Position numbers and translations under genes: made by a program
Shown here: in pieces, positions 21,340-33,083 of the stretch
Numbering within the stretch: the stretch's first letter is position 1
How the letters are laid out: each line of letters starts with the position of its first letter
The notes under the pieces: model-generated
The model's input: the letters and a program-made list of their open reading frames with translations, nothing else
The model's database searches: none
What the model was told of the DNA's origin: nothing
Assembly: GCA_900617105.1 (NCBI GenBank)
Contig: UYFQ01000302.1
Location: 1-34,654, forward strand
Reading direction: 5' to 3'
DNA from: Hydrurus foetidus
Taxonomy: Eukaryota
DNA: 34,654 nt

Positions 21340-23076
21340 ATGGAAAGTGATACTGTGCTGACTAAAATCATAAGAGATGTCGTCGGAGCTTATTCTGATG
21401 ACGCAATTTGTTATCTGCTGCAGTTTTTCACACATGTTTCCAACGAAAGTCATGACCAGGCTTCTATTGATGACAAGGAAATATTTATGGAATGTTGGAG
21501 CAGGTGTAATTTGAAAGCGAAAGCTTTCGGAGGTAAAGGGATGGCCAAAAGTCTTTCTTTCCGCCGCGATCTTGTTGGGGATCTTATTCGCAGTAGCAAA
21601 GATGCATCTGCGATCATCGACATGGTGGACTTTTATTCGAAGAATTACGCTATTGAGAAAGCTGGCACGAATCCTTCGCGGACGATTGATTGTATCAAGG
21701 ATCTACTCCTTGCAGCTCTTCATGAAAGCTACCAATTTTCACCAAAGGTAGGTAGCGCTGGGGATTCCTGTCTTGACGAGTCCGTCATGGCTCAGAAGCA
21801 ACGGATAAGAGGCGGCAAACGCACTTGGATCGTGTCTGACAGGTCCATCCAAAATCAGTACGGCAGTTATCGCCCTCTCAGTTTGCACTATCTGGGCTCA
21901 CCAAGCTGTATTTACGGCAAAATGGAACTGAAGCAGACGAGAAGAGTATCTAGAGATGGTAGCCACGATCTCCCGCTTAATTTTCTTCAAAATTCTGAGA
22001 CTCTCCAAATTACGGGAATAAGGATTGAGAGTGGAAGGGGTGCAGCGATTTGTCAGCAGAGGGCATGGGCAATCTATAAGTTCCTGTGCGATGCCACTGC
22101 AGTGTGCGGCTGCAGTAGCATATTTCCAAATCCTGCAGGGATCGATACGTCGCCATCCGAAATTTCTGGGGAAAATGAAGTAATTTTCACGTACGAGAGC
22201 GGTCCTATTCAACCAATTTCAAAGATGTTCGGCCCGCACTTTGCTGCTTTTCTACGGAAACATCCTCACGTCGTACTCATGTGGTGCAAGCAGCTGGTAG
22301 CACTCATGAGTGCGCTCCTCCATAACGATATCAATGTGATTCACGAACTGCATCTTAAAGACGTATACGTGCGCAAGGACGGACTTTTAGCTCTAGGCAA
22401 TATCGCTGTTTCAATAAGCATTGGGGAATCCTCGGAAATTCTTGACGCGAAGAGGATCTCTGTGGAAAATTTTGTGTTCTCATTTCTTTCATCGTCACTA
22501 TGTCTATCGAGAAACCACGAGATGGAGATGTTATCAAGAGTAGATGTTGGCGCTGATGTAGATGAAACCGTGGGAATCGAAGAAGGATCTGTCATTTGCA
22601 TCATCTTTATGGACGGCCCCCGAAACGCGTTGAAAGTTTCCCTGGGCTGCAGTGACGAACACGAGTTGGTGAGGGACGAAGGTTGCGTGTCAGTCACTAT
22701 CTCTGACGAGTGTGAAGTGGCAGCGGTCAGCGTATCATCGCATGCACTCTTAGTGCAAACCATCAAAACTGGACAGCTGCTGCTTACGGCGACTGCCATG
22801 CGTGGTTCTTTCGAGACATCTCGCAGACTGCGCATAGTGGTGACGAGACCCGTGCCCGTCCAGTCCGTCGAAATCATCGAACTCATTAGTCTGCTTGAGG
22901 AAACGTACTCTACTATCAGAGCTGTCTTTCGCTGTGCTAGATGCCTGCAACCATCAGGACGTCTCCCATGTGTTTCTGCCGAGGAACGTCTTCTTCTATC
23001 TCAAGAGTGGGAGGCGGTATCTCGCATGCGGCCGGAGCGTTCTCTCGACCGTATCCACAATAACGGTCCCGACTGA
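21340..23076 (+). CDS. Hypothetical protein (~578 aa) with a degenerate protein-kinase-like segment
   Basis: Uninterrupted 1.7-kb ORF with first ATG at 21340. WCKQLV...VIHELHLKDVYVRKDGLLALGN resembles kinase subdomains VIa-VII but lacks HRD and DFG. Confidence 0.7.
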   Translation: MESDTVLTKIIRDVVGAYSDDAICYLLQFFTHVSNESHDQASIDDKEIFMECWSRCNLKAKAFGGKGMAKSLSFRRDLVGDLIRSSKDASAIIDMVDFYSKNYAIEKAGTNPSRTIDCIKDLLLAALHESYQFSPKVGSAGDSCLDESVMAQKQRIRGGKRTWIVSDRSIQNQYGSYRPLSLHYLGSPSCIYGKMELKQTRRVSRDGSHDLPLNFLQNSETLQITGIRIESGRGAAICQQRAWAIYKFLCDATAVCGCSSIFPNPAGIDTSPSEISGENEVIFTYESGPIQPISKMFGPHFAAFLRKHPHVVLMWCKQLVALMSALLHNDINVIHELHLKDVYVRKDGLLALGNIAVSISIGESSEILDAKRISVENFVFSFLSSSLCLSRNHEMEMLSRVDVGADVDETVGIEEGSVICIIFMDGPRNALKVSLGCSDEHELVRDEGCVSVTISDECEVAAVSVSSHALLVQTIKTGQLLLTATAMRGSFETSRRLRIVVTRPVPVQSVEIIELISLLEETYSTIRAVFRCARCLQPSGRLPCVSAEERLLLSQEWEAVSRMRPERSLDRIHNNGPD

Positions 23077-23634
23077 GCCGAACCGCCTAACAGGACCAAT
23101 ATCATCTGATGTGTCATACGCACTACGATCCTGGTTGTGCTATGCTCTGGGCACCTCTTCCTGGCGAACGGTCGAGATGCATTGTCCTCGGCTCTATTGA
23201 TGAGTCGCCTAGGAGTGTGCATGGCATGCCTTGCTCCGAGGTTCTACGTCGGTCATTGCGGCAGAGAGAGTGTAATCTTTCATTTCAATTTAAAGTTACC
23301 AGTTTTGCTCCTACTTGAAGCGATAAGTAAGTATGTGCACGGTTTGGTTCATGTCACGCTTGGTGTCATGTGATGGAGTATTCTGTACACCAAGACAGAG
23401 CGGTGTATGACATCAGCGCGTCATCTCACTCACAAGGCTCTTCCTCCAGCGCAGGCAATTGCTATTACTAGGTCCTCAGGTTGAGGCCGAAAACGGTCTC
23501 GAAGAGGGGTAAGACGGACTGTGTCTCGCGGTACCGCTCTCTTCATGCGATCTGGTGCCTGCTGATGGACATCTCTGTTGTGTCAGGAGGGGCGGAGGGA
23601 AGAGCCATCCCTGGTTGAGGCGCTCGTGGATACC

Positions 23635-24844
23635 TCACTCCGGTAATTTGTTTTCGGCGGCGATCCTCTTCTCTTGCTTCAAGGCGGTGATGCTCTGCTG
23701 ACGGGCAGCGGACACGGTCTTGGCCAGTGTCTCGGCCCACTCCCTCTCTGCCTTCGAACATGGACGCACCTCACCGCCCTCCAAATCGTCGAGGAACACA
23801 GATCCGTATCGCACACGATGTAGCTGCAACACCGAATGACCTGCATTGTGAAGCACTCTTCGCACCATGCGATACTTGCCTTCGGTGACTGACACCACCA
23901 CCTTCGATGTTGCTACGAGTTTTGTATTTTCTTCATCCGGCGCCGTTGAATTGTCGCCATTCGTAACCAGAACCCCCGCGTTCCCTTTCATAAGGCCGTT
24001 ATTTACTTCTCCGTCGTTTTCATCCAGATCATCATCTATTTGCGGTTGCAAAATAGGCACACGGGCCATCTGCAAAAACATAGCATCGATCACCGAGTTC
24101 GTCGTTTAATTTTCGTGGAGATGAAACACCAGCATTATGAGTTCAGCGGAGGCAAAAATTCAAACTTACTGCTTCCAATGGCTCACTTGATAAAAGATTG
24201 GCAGCAAATTCACCATCTGTAGTTGTGATCCCAGCAGCCAACTTTGGCCCCAAAATATTCATATCAACGGAGCCAACAACGATAGCCTCGTACTCTCTCT
24301 CAACACCCGTGGATGGATGAAGAAGCATTTGGGTCAAATGACCATCTGATGAAAATAGAAGAAGCCCTGACGTGTCCGCATCTAGTCTGCCAACTGGATG
24401 CATGGCCTTCATATAGGGGTATTCTAGCGCTAGCTCCTCAAGCCCCTGTCTCCCCCAGTTATCTTTCATTGTAGAGTGAACTCCGGTAGGTTTGTGGAAA
24501 ATTGCTAATAAAGGCACTCCGGTAATCAATTGCCCATCGATTTCAACGACGACATCTGTTGAGTGCTTCTCGGCACCGGATCGGATGACTTTCCCATTAA
24601 TTGAGACTCGTCCTTGTTTAAATAATTTTGCTACATCATTTCTAGATCCGATTCCCCTATTGCTTATTATCCTCTCCAATCGCAATTGTTTAGGATTATT
24701 CGACCACAGTTTCAGTGATCTCCGGTAAGATGGAGCAGGAAACAATGTCGGGCGGAAGGATTGCACAGATTTCGAAGAAAAAAAAATTAGACACATGATG
24801 AGACTGCTCGTGATGGCCAGATGATTTCGAGTTTGTTTCGACAT
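23635..24844 (-). CDS. RsuA/RluB/E/F-family rRNA pseudouridine synthase with S4 domain, probably plastid-targeted; exons 24844-24170 and 24069-23635
   Basis: S4 motif RLERIISNRGIGSR, HKPTG, catalytic GRLDADTSGLLL, EREYEA, VTEGKYRMVRR, LHRVRYG. The GTAAGT...TTGCAG intron 24169-24070 is in phase. The hydrophobic N-terminus ends VQS-FRP. Confidence 0.9.
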
Positions 24845-25132
24845 CAGGTGACAACAGTGGCAACCCTTCAATGGTTTCTCTCCGCGATAAGTTGTAGAGG
24901 TTGATGTGGAAGTGCTCCCCAGTCGCAATATGCAATATGCAATATGGGTTTTATGATTGGTGGATGTTGGTCAGCATCTGTTCTTCGAGCGGTAGCCTGC
25001 ATCTCACATAAAACATAAAAACCATATGGATGGACTCACCAATATACTAATTAAAAACGATGAAAGCCACAAGCATGTCACTTTCCCGCCCCATTATTTG
25101 AGGATCCCTAAGAACTACTACACAGCTGACCA

Positions 25133-26905
25133 ATGGCGGACATAGCTGCTGCATTGAATTGCGCCACATCAGCCGAAGAAATTGAAAATGCAATAACTTC
25201 ATCCTCAGCAATCAACCTGGCCGAAACAGCTCCCAGTGGAAGTCTCTCTGAGTCCGCAAAAGTGATCTTAAAGGCTGCTTTGGAAAGGGTCCTTGACCTT
25301 GATACTATACCAACTACTGCGAAATTGAGGCGTCGCATTAAAAGATTTCAACAGTCCCTTTATACTGCTACAGACGACGTCGAACCATATTCTAGTTCAG
25401 CTCATGTTGTTCCTGAAGTTAAGAGGCGTCTATGTGCAGAGGATTCGATATCGGCTCTCAAAGGTTGCAAATCCCACCATGATCTCACGAGGGAGATGAA
25501 TAATCTCTTTCTTCCTAGCGAAGAAGATGGTGGCATTAGGAGCATACATTTTGTCAAGTACAGATGCCCAATGAAAGATGTTCTCAAAAGTCTAGTCATT
25601 ACGACAGGGATGACGAATAAGCCTTTGCGGCGAAGAGTAAGTCGTTTGATTTTCGTTCTCAGCACTGATGAAGAGCAAGCGCAGGAGCTAGCAGTGGTGA
25701 AAGCGAAGGCTGCAATGGTGAGCGTTCGAAATCTCACACAAAAAAAAACACGGGCTGCCGTCATAGATACTCACATCGCAGCGAACATTTCTCCTGAGCC
25801 TGAGATTGTACAGACAGTCCTTACGAAGTTTGAAGCCGCAAAGTATTTAGCTGATTGCATCTCGAGTATCCGCTCGGCGAAAAATCCGGCCGATGTGGAG
25901 AAAGCAATTAACGCCTTACCCTCTGGCGGTTATGGGGATAGTGAAACACTGCGAGATTTGCTCAACTCAATTACAGAAAATCCTGATTTAGTCAATAACG
26001 CAAAGTTGCGTCGAAGAGTGAAGCGGCTAATAGAAACATTAGCAGCCTCCGGCTCTGCAGCGCCACTGCCATCTCCGACAGCAGTGGAGCCTCAAAGTGA
26101 AGCTCCCAGTATTGTTAAGGTTGAACGTATAACAACACCTAATGCGTTACTGAAACCACTTGCATATTTGAGTGTCAAGGAAAGGCACCAGCCACTTCTT
26201 ATCCCATCGACTGACGCAGCAGTCGTCGTGCCCGTGATTCCTCCTGTACGTGTCATCACCGGATCTTTTTGTCAGAGCTTGGAGCTGCTTACTGCTGCTA
26301 GCTCTTCTTCCCATGTAGAGGAGGCCATAGCTGACCTCTGCAACGAGAGCAGTGGTGGCGGGGCTGATCGTGAAGCAGTTCGGGCAAGGCTGGAGCAACT
26401 CAATCAAGATGAGATGATCGTCAATAACTCAAAGCTGCGGCGACGAGTAAAACGACTTATCGATATGCTGACCCCGGAATTACCGGCACCACAGCCAAAT
26501 ATTCCTGCGGTAGTTTCCCCGTCTAAAGAGCCCAATTCTATTGCTACGAAGAATAAGAAGAAGTTGTCGGTGAAGAAAGAGGACACGAAGAACCCTCCCC
26601 CTGGACCCTCTCTTGACGGAGTCATCGCGGAGGCCATCGCAGCCCAGACATCAGACCAGCTCACATCTGCACTTTCGACTGTAAATGCGGAATCAGGTAG
26701 CTGCTCTAGCAGGCGCACTTTAAAAAGAATCCTGGAACGGGTGATGAGAGACGACAGTTCGATGTTGGGACAAATGACAGCTCAGAATCGAAGGAAGATG
26801 AGACGGGTGGCTGACATCCTGTCACCACGCACTGCCTTAGCACTTAGCGGAACTCAAATCTCTTCAAACAAAGTTTCTTCTACGATTGCCGCACATGTTT
26901 GTTGA
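25133..26905 (+). CDS. Hypothetical protein with five ~70-aa helical repeats ending in N(A/S)KLRRRVKRL-like motifs; 3' end uncertain
   Basis: 590-aa ORF; repeat cores TAKLRRRIKRF, NKPLRRRVSRLI, NAKLRRRVKRLI, NSKLRRRVKRLI, AQNRRKMRRVA. Confidence 0.78.
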   Translation: MADIAAALNCATSAEEIENAITSSSAINLAETAPSGSLSESAKVILKAALERVLDLDTIPTTAKLRRRIKRFQQSLYTATDDVEPYSSSAHVVPEVKRRLCAEDSISALKGCKSHHDLTREMNNLFLPSEEDGGIRSIHFVKYRCPMKDVLKSLVITTGMTNKPLRRRVSRLIFVLSTDEEQAQELAVVKAKAAMVSVRNLTQKKTRAAVIDTHIAANISPEPEIVQTVLTKFEAAKYLADCISSIRSAKNPADVEKAINALPSGGYGDSETLRDLLNSITENPDLVNNAKLRRRVKRLIETLAASGSAAPLPSPTAVEPQSEAPSIVKVERITTPNALLKPLAYLSVKERHQPLLIPSTDAAVVVPVIPPVRVITGSFCQSLELLTAASSSSHVEEAIADLCNESSGGGADREAVRARLEQLNQDEMIVNNSKLRRRVKRLIDMLTPELPAPQPNIPAVVSPSKEPNSIATKNKKKLSVKKEDTKNPPPGPSLDGVIAEAIAAQTSDQLTSALSTVNAESGSCSSRRTLKRILERVMRDDSSMLGQMTAQNRRKMRRVADILSPRTALALSGTQISSNKVSSTIAAHVC

Positions 26906-27630
26906 TATAGCTTATTCTAATTATTTCATTTTTCGGCGTCGTTGTAATATTTTGCGACCAACCCTCTGTTGTATTCGATCTGAGCATGACGGACACCATA
27001 CGTGGTAGTTACTCAACGTCCAAGCGGAGAGATCAATTATCAACCTACAAGACATCCCCCTGCCCAAGCACTCTCATCTCTGCTTGTCAGCTTTTCACCA
27101 ACTGCGGCCCCTTTAGATCTCAAAACGTCGAAAGATAACTCAGCAGCAAACGAACGAACACCCAAAATTCTCGGTGGGCTTAACTATCTTGATTGCATGC
27201 ATACGCTGACAAATTTATATCGGCCTCTGGCCCAGACTACACCTATCTATCTCCTCTAGCCCTGTCATCTCGTCGCACTCCTGATCATGCGTTAGATGCA
27301 GTGTTGACATGTTCACATCTTTTCCGTACCGGCCACTGGAGACGTGAATCAAACATGACGTGACGTGTTCCAGGTTGATCAGTGTGTGTACCGAGTGGTA
27401 TCTGAGTCGCTTAAATTAAAACTCTGGTCGAACGCAAATTGAACACGTCATTAGATGGAATCGGAAGAAAGTGCGGAGATTGGGGGTGGAGTAGAGATTT
27501 GAAAGATGAGGGTAAGAGCATAGTGTCCACTAGTTTCTTTGGAAATAATCGATAGACTGATACTCTAGTTCGTTGGAAAATTCCGCCGGAGCCAATAAAA
27601 GTGTAGCACGAGACGATTTGAGTAGGAGTC

Positions 27631-28795
27631 CTACACGGGCCACTCAATGAATCGGTATGCGTGGTTACAGTAGCCGTAGGGGTTCTTCTCTAAGTAGGCT
27701 TGGTGGTCGTCCTGTGCTTTGTAGAAGATGGTAGCATCTCTCACATCTGTGCGCACTGTCTTCTCCTGTTGTTGTGTGTGTTGAATGTCAGACAGCATTG
27801 TCCTTGAAGGAGTTACAATCAAGAATTGCAGCGCAAAGGACTCACGTTATATCTGTTGATTCTTCCTTTCGTTACGAGATCCTGCAATTCGTTGGTTACT
27901 TTGGTCGCTATTTCCTTCTGCAAGTACCGTAGTCAATAGAATAAATAAGTCATAATATGCGGAGAAGCAAAGCAGCGGAAACATGCAAGGTAAAAAAATT
28001 CCCGCACCTGTTTTTGATCGTAGCAATAAATCACGCTCGCATACTGTGTGCCTCTGTCGTTGCCTTGCTTGTTCAGCGTAGTTGGATCGTGAAACATATA
28101 GAAAAATCTCACTAATTTCTCGTACGCTTCTTCGCCGCCCTCGAATTCGCAGTCATAAACTTCAACGTGTCCTGTGGTGCCAGAGCAAACATCTCTGTAG
28201 GAGGGATTTGCTCCTGAAGAGAGGGGACCCATAAAGCCAACTGCACCTTTCTAAAAAGAGCCAATAAATGTTCCTTACAATGAATCATCACTAGATGTTG
28301 CTGAAATTTGACGAGTCACGCATGTAGCCAATAAGATCGCAGTACTGAGTTGAGTTAGGAGAAGCATGACGTGTATCCAAAATAATCCAGCCCGAAAGGT
28401 TGCTCTTGTCAACGCACCTTCACGCTGTTACCAGAAATTTTATTGAAGTCGACTTTAAAGAATTTCTCTGCATAGGGAGGGTGTTGGGGCGAAACGTGAA
28501 TGTTCAAAGTATTGCAGAGTAGTTGTGAAATTGGTCAGTCCTGCTACTTGGAGAAAAACCAGGAAAGATCTTTACCTGTCCCCCAGTAGCATCCTAAACA
28601 AGTTTGAGAGGGTTAATTATTGGAGTTAATGGTGACGAAGTTGGATTTAAAGCGCGTCATCATAAGTTCACCTGCTCCGAAGCAGGCTCTGTTGTCCATC
28701 ATTTTCAAAGAAGCGCCGAAAGACCGCCGGATAACAAACGACATAGCTATGAGCACTGAGAAAAATAATATCCCGGCAGGCGATTTTGCTGCCAT
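27631..28795 (-). CDS. msrA: Peptide methionine sulfoxide reductase A; exons 28795-28672, 28593-28576, 28467-28418, 28250-28008, 27917-27846, 27765-27631
   Basis: The spliced product has FGAGCYWGTE, SGTTGHVEV, HDPTTLNKQGNDRGTQYASVIY and HQAYLEKNPYGYC. All five introns are GT-AG with consistent phase, and the N-terminus looks like a targeting peptide. Confidence 0.93.
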
Positions 28796-28978
28796 TGCTG
28801 AAGCTCGTCGGATAGATAGATTTCACAGTTTGAAGGTATTGAAAAGGTGTAGGAAGGGTGATCACGCTGATACGGGATTCCGGAAAGTGTTACTGCAGGG
28901 GTACGTAAGGAGGTGCACGTGACGCTTCTTTCCAAAAAGTCTGACGCCGCACAGTTAGACAAACGTATGTGTATTTGT

Positions 28979-29111
<133 letters not shown>

Positions 29112-29299
29112 GCAACCGTATAAATAATTCAGAAGGAAGAAGAGCACTCTCTCTCGCAACTCAACTCGCGCCTCCCCCGGCGACTCGATTGCTCAACTCG
29201 ATGTAATCTCGACAACTCCTGACACCTTTGCAAGACGGCACACACCGTCGCATAGATTTCAGAGCTGTAATCAGTAAAAGGCAAATCATTGTGAATCTG

Positions 29300-30187
29300 A
29301 TGTCACAGCATTTCAATCAGCAAAACCCTTCATCCTCACGTCGTCATGAAACGGGGCCGGGCGACTTCATACAGAATCAGTTCCAGAATGCCAATTTTAG
29401 TCCCGCAATGATGGATTTCAGCATCAAAGCTGGTGAACAAATAATCAGTAACCAGAAGGCTAAATGGATGCCAGGAGTTTCTGACTTTTGGAGCTCTCTC
29501 AGAATATATTTCGCAGTCAGCAATGATTATGTAATGAAGAAAATTTTGATTGTACTGTACCCAATGAGGAATCAGGCTTGGGGGCGACTTCTTGCTGATG
29601 AAGCTGCGGAAATTTCGTACGAGGTATAAACGCACCGATCGGATAATCATTTTTTTAATCATTTGAAGCTGATGGTGACATTACAACTTGAATAGGCGGA
29701 ATCATACACCAACCACAAGTGGGCCTTACCTAAACAGGATATCAACGCGCCTGATCTTTACATACCACTCATGTCCTTTATCACTTATGTCCTCTTAGTT
29801 GGTCTACGGAGAGGAATGGGGTCAGGATTTACACCTGAAGTTCTCATACAGTCTGTGTGGCGATGTTTAATTCTCCATTTCTGCGAAGCCGTCCTAATTA
29901 AATTTGGACTGAGTCTGATGCAGGTCCCTATGCCATTCTTGGACGTCTTTTCTTACACTGGATATAAATACGTTGGTCTTTGTCTCAATACTCTTGCTCG
30001 AGGCCTTGGTGGCACTTTTGGATTAGTAACAACCTTTTATACATGTTTTGCTCTCGCATTCTTCATACTTAAAGCTATGGCCGCGGTTGTCCCCGCTACT
30101 ATATCAACCGGTCCCCCTCGGCACCTCATGCTCCTTGGGTTCGCCACAATTCAATTCTTTGTTCCGCTTATCTTGTACACCCTCTAG
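29300..30187 (+). CDS. YIF1: YIF1/Hrf1-family ER-Golgi membrane protein; exons 29300-29623 and 29696-30187
   Basis: YFAVSNDYVMKKILIVLYP, DINAPDLYIPLMSFITYVLL and YTGYKYV motifs with several TM helices; in-phase GT-AG intron 29624-29695. Confidence 0.9.
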
Positions 30188-31241
30188 AGTTCCATCGTAT
30201 ATCTCCCTCTTAAGATAAGACACTGGGCAGATTAGTGAAGACAGCAGGGAACACCCCAATCAATAGAGGATAATCAAACAATCGAGAGAGGATCACCAGC
30301 CTACTTCGGAAATGATGAGGTCTCGAGTCGAATTAAACGAGATAAAGAACGGTCCTTCTACTACTTGATAATTTAAAGCTGACTTCGACATGAGATTCGT
30401 GGATTGCCAGGAAGGGCCTAGCCCAGTGAACAGGTTTTACATCTTGTAACTTAATATCGCGGCTTAATTGTGTACAACATATTTTAGACCCGCCCCGTTC
30501 CGTCCAACGAACTGTTGCTCTACAGTCCCGCATATTCCATCGAAACTTTAAAATCGTCTGTATCGCTGTTGGTAAGTTCCGAAGCATTCGTCAGATGTGC
30601 AATTCAAAACTAGAAGCCGTCTGTCAGTGTCGTGGATTGACAAGCACAAATCGTTCGAATGGCACTTGCCTCAACCGATATGTCACCTGATAGATGACAA
30701 TGAGTTTTTCATAAAACGTTTGACGGATGCACGGAATTCGTTCATATTTCCCTGGTATGTTGATGTTGGCTGCGGAACAAGATCTGGAATTAAAGCGCAA
30801 TTGCGATCGATACGATTTCACTATGCTGCAGACAAGTTCCGACATAGTAAATTGTGACTAAATTTCAATGAGTCTCTGCTTAGATTTCAAAGTATCTAAC
30901 TTATGTAAGATTGGAGGGTACATGCAGATCGTGAAAGAGTTCTAATAGTGCAGACAGGGGGGGGGGACGCTTACGAAACCATCATTGCACTGAACACTGT
31001 TTTTTTAAAGATGAAGATGTTGACAAGGTTACAGTTTACTCTAAGTGCAAAACTAATGAGTCTGATGACAACTAATAGTTGCGCTGCTATTGAGCCACTA
31101 AATTCTTCCATTATAATAGCCAAGTGTGGTTTCTGCTCCATGAGAAATTTTGGTCGAATCCTCTGCGATTTAAGACAAAACAATTCCTACATGACTCCGT
31201 GTAGACCGTCTCGAATTGAGCTAATTTACATCTATCTCGCT

Positions 31242-32994
31242 TTAGGCCATGACGCCTTGCTTTGACGAGTCGTTTCTTGACTGACGTTTGAGACAAGTGA
31301 ATCTCACTACAACGGCTATCATTGTGATCAGCCACAATAGCAGAGACAGAATCGCCAGTCCGAGGGCTGCGTCCACTCTCTCTATGTTGTAAATAGTGGT
31401 ACTGGATGATGATGGTGATGATGCAGCAGCAGTCAATGCCGCCACGCTGGTTACGAGTGCAGACGTTTGAACGGCAAGATCAAGGCGCTGCACCTCTGCA
31501 TAGGCCTGTCTGTTGACGGATATGACATAATCGCCCTGACCTACATACGGCTGGGCCACAGATGATTCGAAGGTCCACTTCGTCCCGTCTGATATCGAGG
31601 CAATGCCGGCAAGACCCATAGAAGCTACGTAAGGAGGAACTGGTGTCTGGCTGTAGAGCGACTGACATTGGTTGATATACGAGGGATCGTACAAGGCAGT
31701 GAGGAACGCTTTCAGCAGACCCTTTTTGTTAATATCGTTCATGAAAGACAGGTCCGTTCGAACGTAGATGTATGACAGCACAACAATCGGCCATGTGTTC
31801 GCCCCAGCCTGGTCACAATGTCAGCAGGGTAAGAGAGTGATGAATGATTGTAAAGAAAAAGTCAGCTGGTATTCTGTGCGATAGGGATCCGTTGCGATGA
31901 GATGCACCGTGACATTGACTACACTTTGAATTCTTAAAGGTGATATGAAAAGCGCTGAAAATGCAGTTTTCACAGATATTCAGATGCAACAAATGCTGAT
32001 ACGATGATTTACCTGATTCACCAACAAAACAGAACTAAAGTCGCTACTTGCGCTGGTCGGAAGGGTGCCGAGGGCAGATAAGATACCCCCGTTTGCAATT
32101 GCTGTTGCGGCATCTAAGTACATGCCATCTTTATTTTTGAGAACGACCTCTGTAAGACCCTGAGAATAGCCATGGCCAGAGTCTATGTATCCAATGGTGC
32201 CTGGAAAGTTCTTGATACATGCCGTCATGGCGTCCGATCCCTCGCACGCTTTTGTGGCTGCGTCCCAAATGATAGTTGTACCGACCAAAGTTTCAGGCCA
32301 TTCTGATGGACACGAATCTCGAAGATACTACAGCGAAATGAAGAATGTAAAAGGAGTGAGAGTTGAATAGTTCAAAGATTTTCGAAACGCTGACTTCGCG
32401 CTAAATATTTACTTCGTCAAACAATGAGCTAACCCGAGTTAATGCGTAAGTGCTACTCGATCCTAATACACGATGACCAACAATGATCGGATAATTTGCA
32501 CTGGGGGTCTTCAGAGAAGGGTTCAATGCAGTAATTTCTGGGCTGTCCCAGTAAATAATCTTGCGGGTCAGGATTCTAGCAAGCACGCAAGAAGTGAGAC
32601 GCATGCTCCCTGCTGCAACACCAGGAATGGAGTGAAACAACGAAATGGGGCCGGCAACAATAGGCAAGTGAAGGACTTTGATGCCGCTTGTATTCAGACT
32701 TTTGTATACTGCAGAAGTTAGCGGGAAGTCACCACTGCCGAAGTCGTTGAAAGGTTTCGTGTAGTTGGCTGCTAATCCTATAAATTCCTTTACACCAGTG
32801 GAACTTCCAACAGCACGATATGTGAGTCTTGTAGGAATTTTGATATGATTCATGATCTGGTCCATGATGAGCCAATAGCATTTTGAGGGATTAGTTGTTC
32901 CAGAACCATGAAGGGCTATCACATTGTCGCTAGGATGACCTCCAGGTGTTTTGGCGGCCAGCACAAGAAGGACAAGAATGGACGCAATCATCAT
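31242..32994 (-). CDS. PstS-like phosphate-binding protein (periplasmic binding protein fold) with signal peptide and C-terminal TM anchor; exons 32994-32434, 32327-32013, 31808-31242
   Basis: LHGSGTTNP, YRAVGSSTG, DFGSGD, HRVLGSSST, GTIGYID and WPIVVLSYIYV parallel PstS motifs; two phase-0 GT-AG introns. Confidence 0.85.
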
Positions 32995-33083
32995 TTGCTG
33001 TGCCTGATAAGAGTGGATGGAGCTCAAGGCTCTTCATTTATTCCAGGTCCACGTTTAATCTGGACCCACCCCTATGTTGGTAA

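Noticed and set aside
30333..31240. Several 70-105-aa ORFs between YIF1 and the PstS-like gene
   Set aside because: No recognisable motifs and no consistent exon chain could be built; left unannotated.
33067..33077. CACCCCTATGT, matching B's PPT region (9874-9884)
   Set aside because: No LTR end on the expected side and the similarity does not extend; treated as chance.
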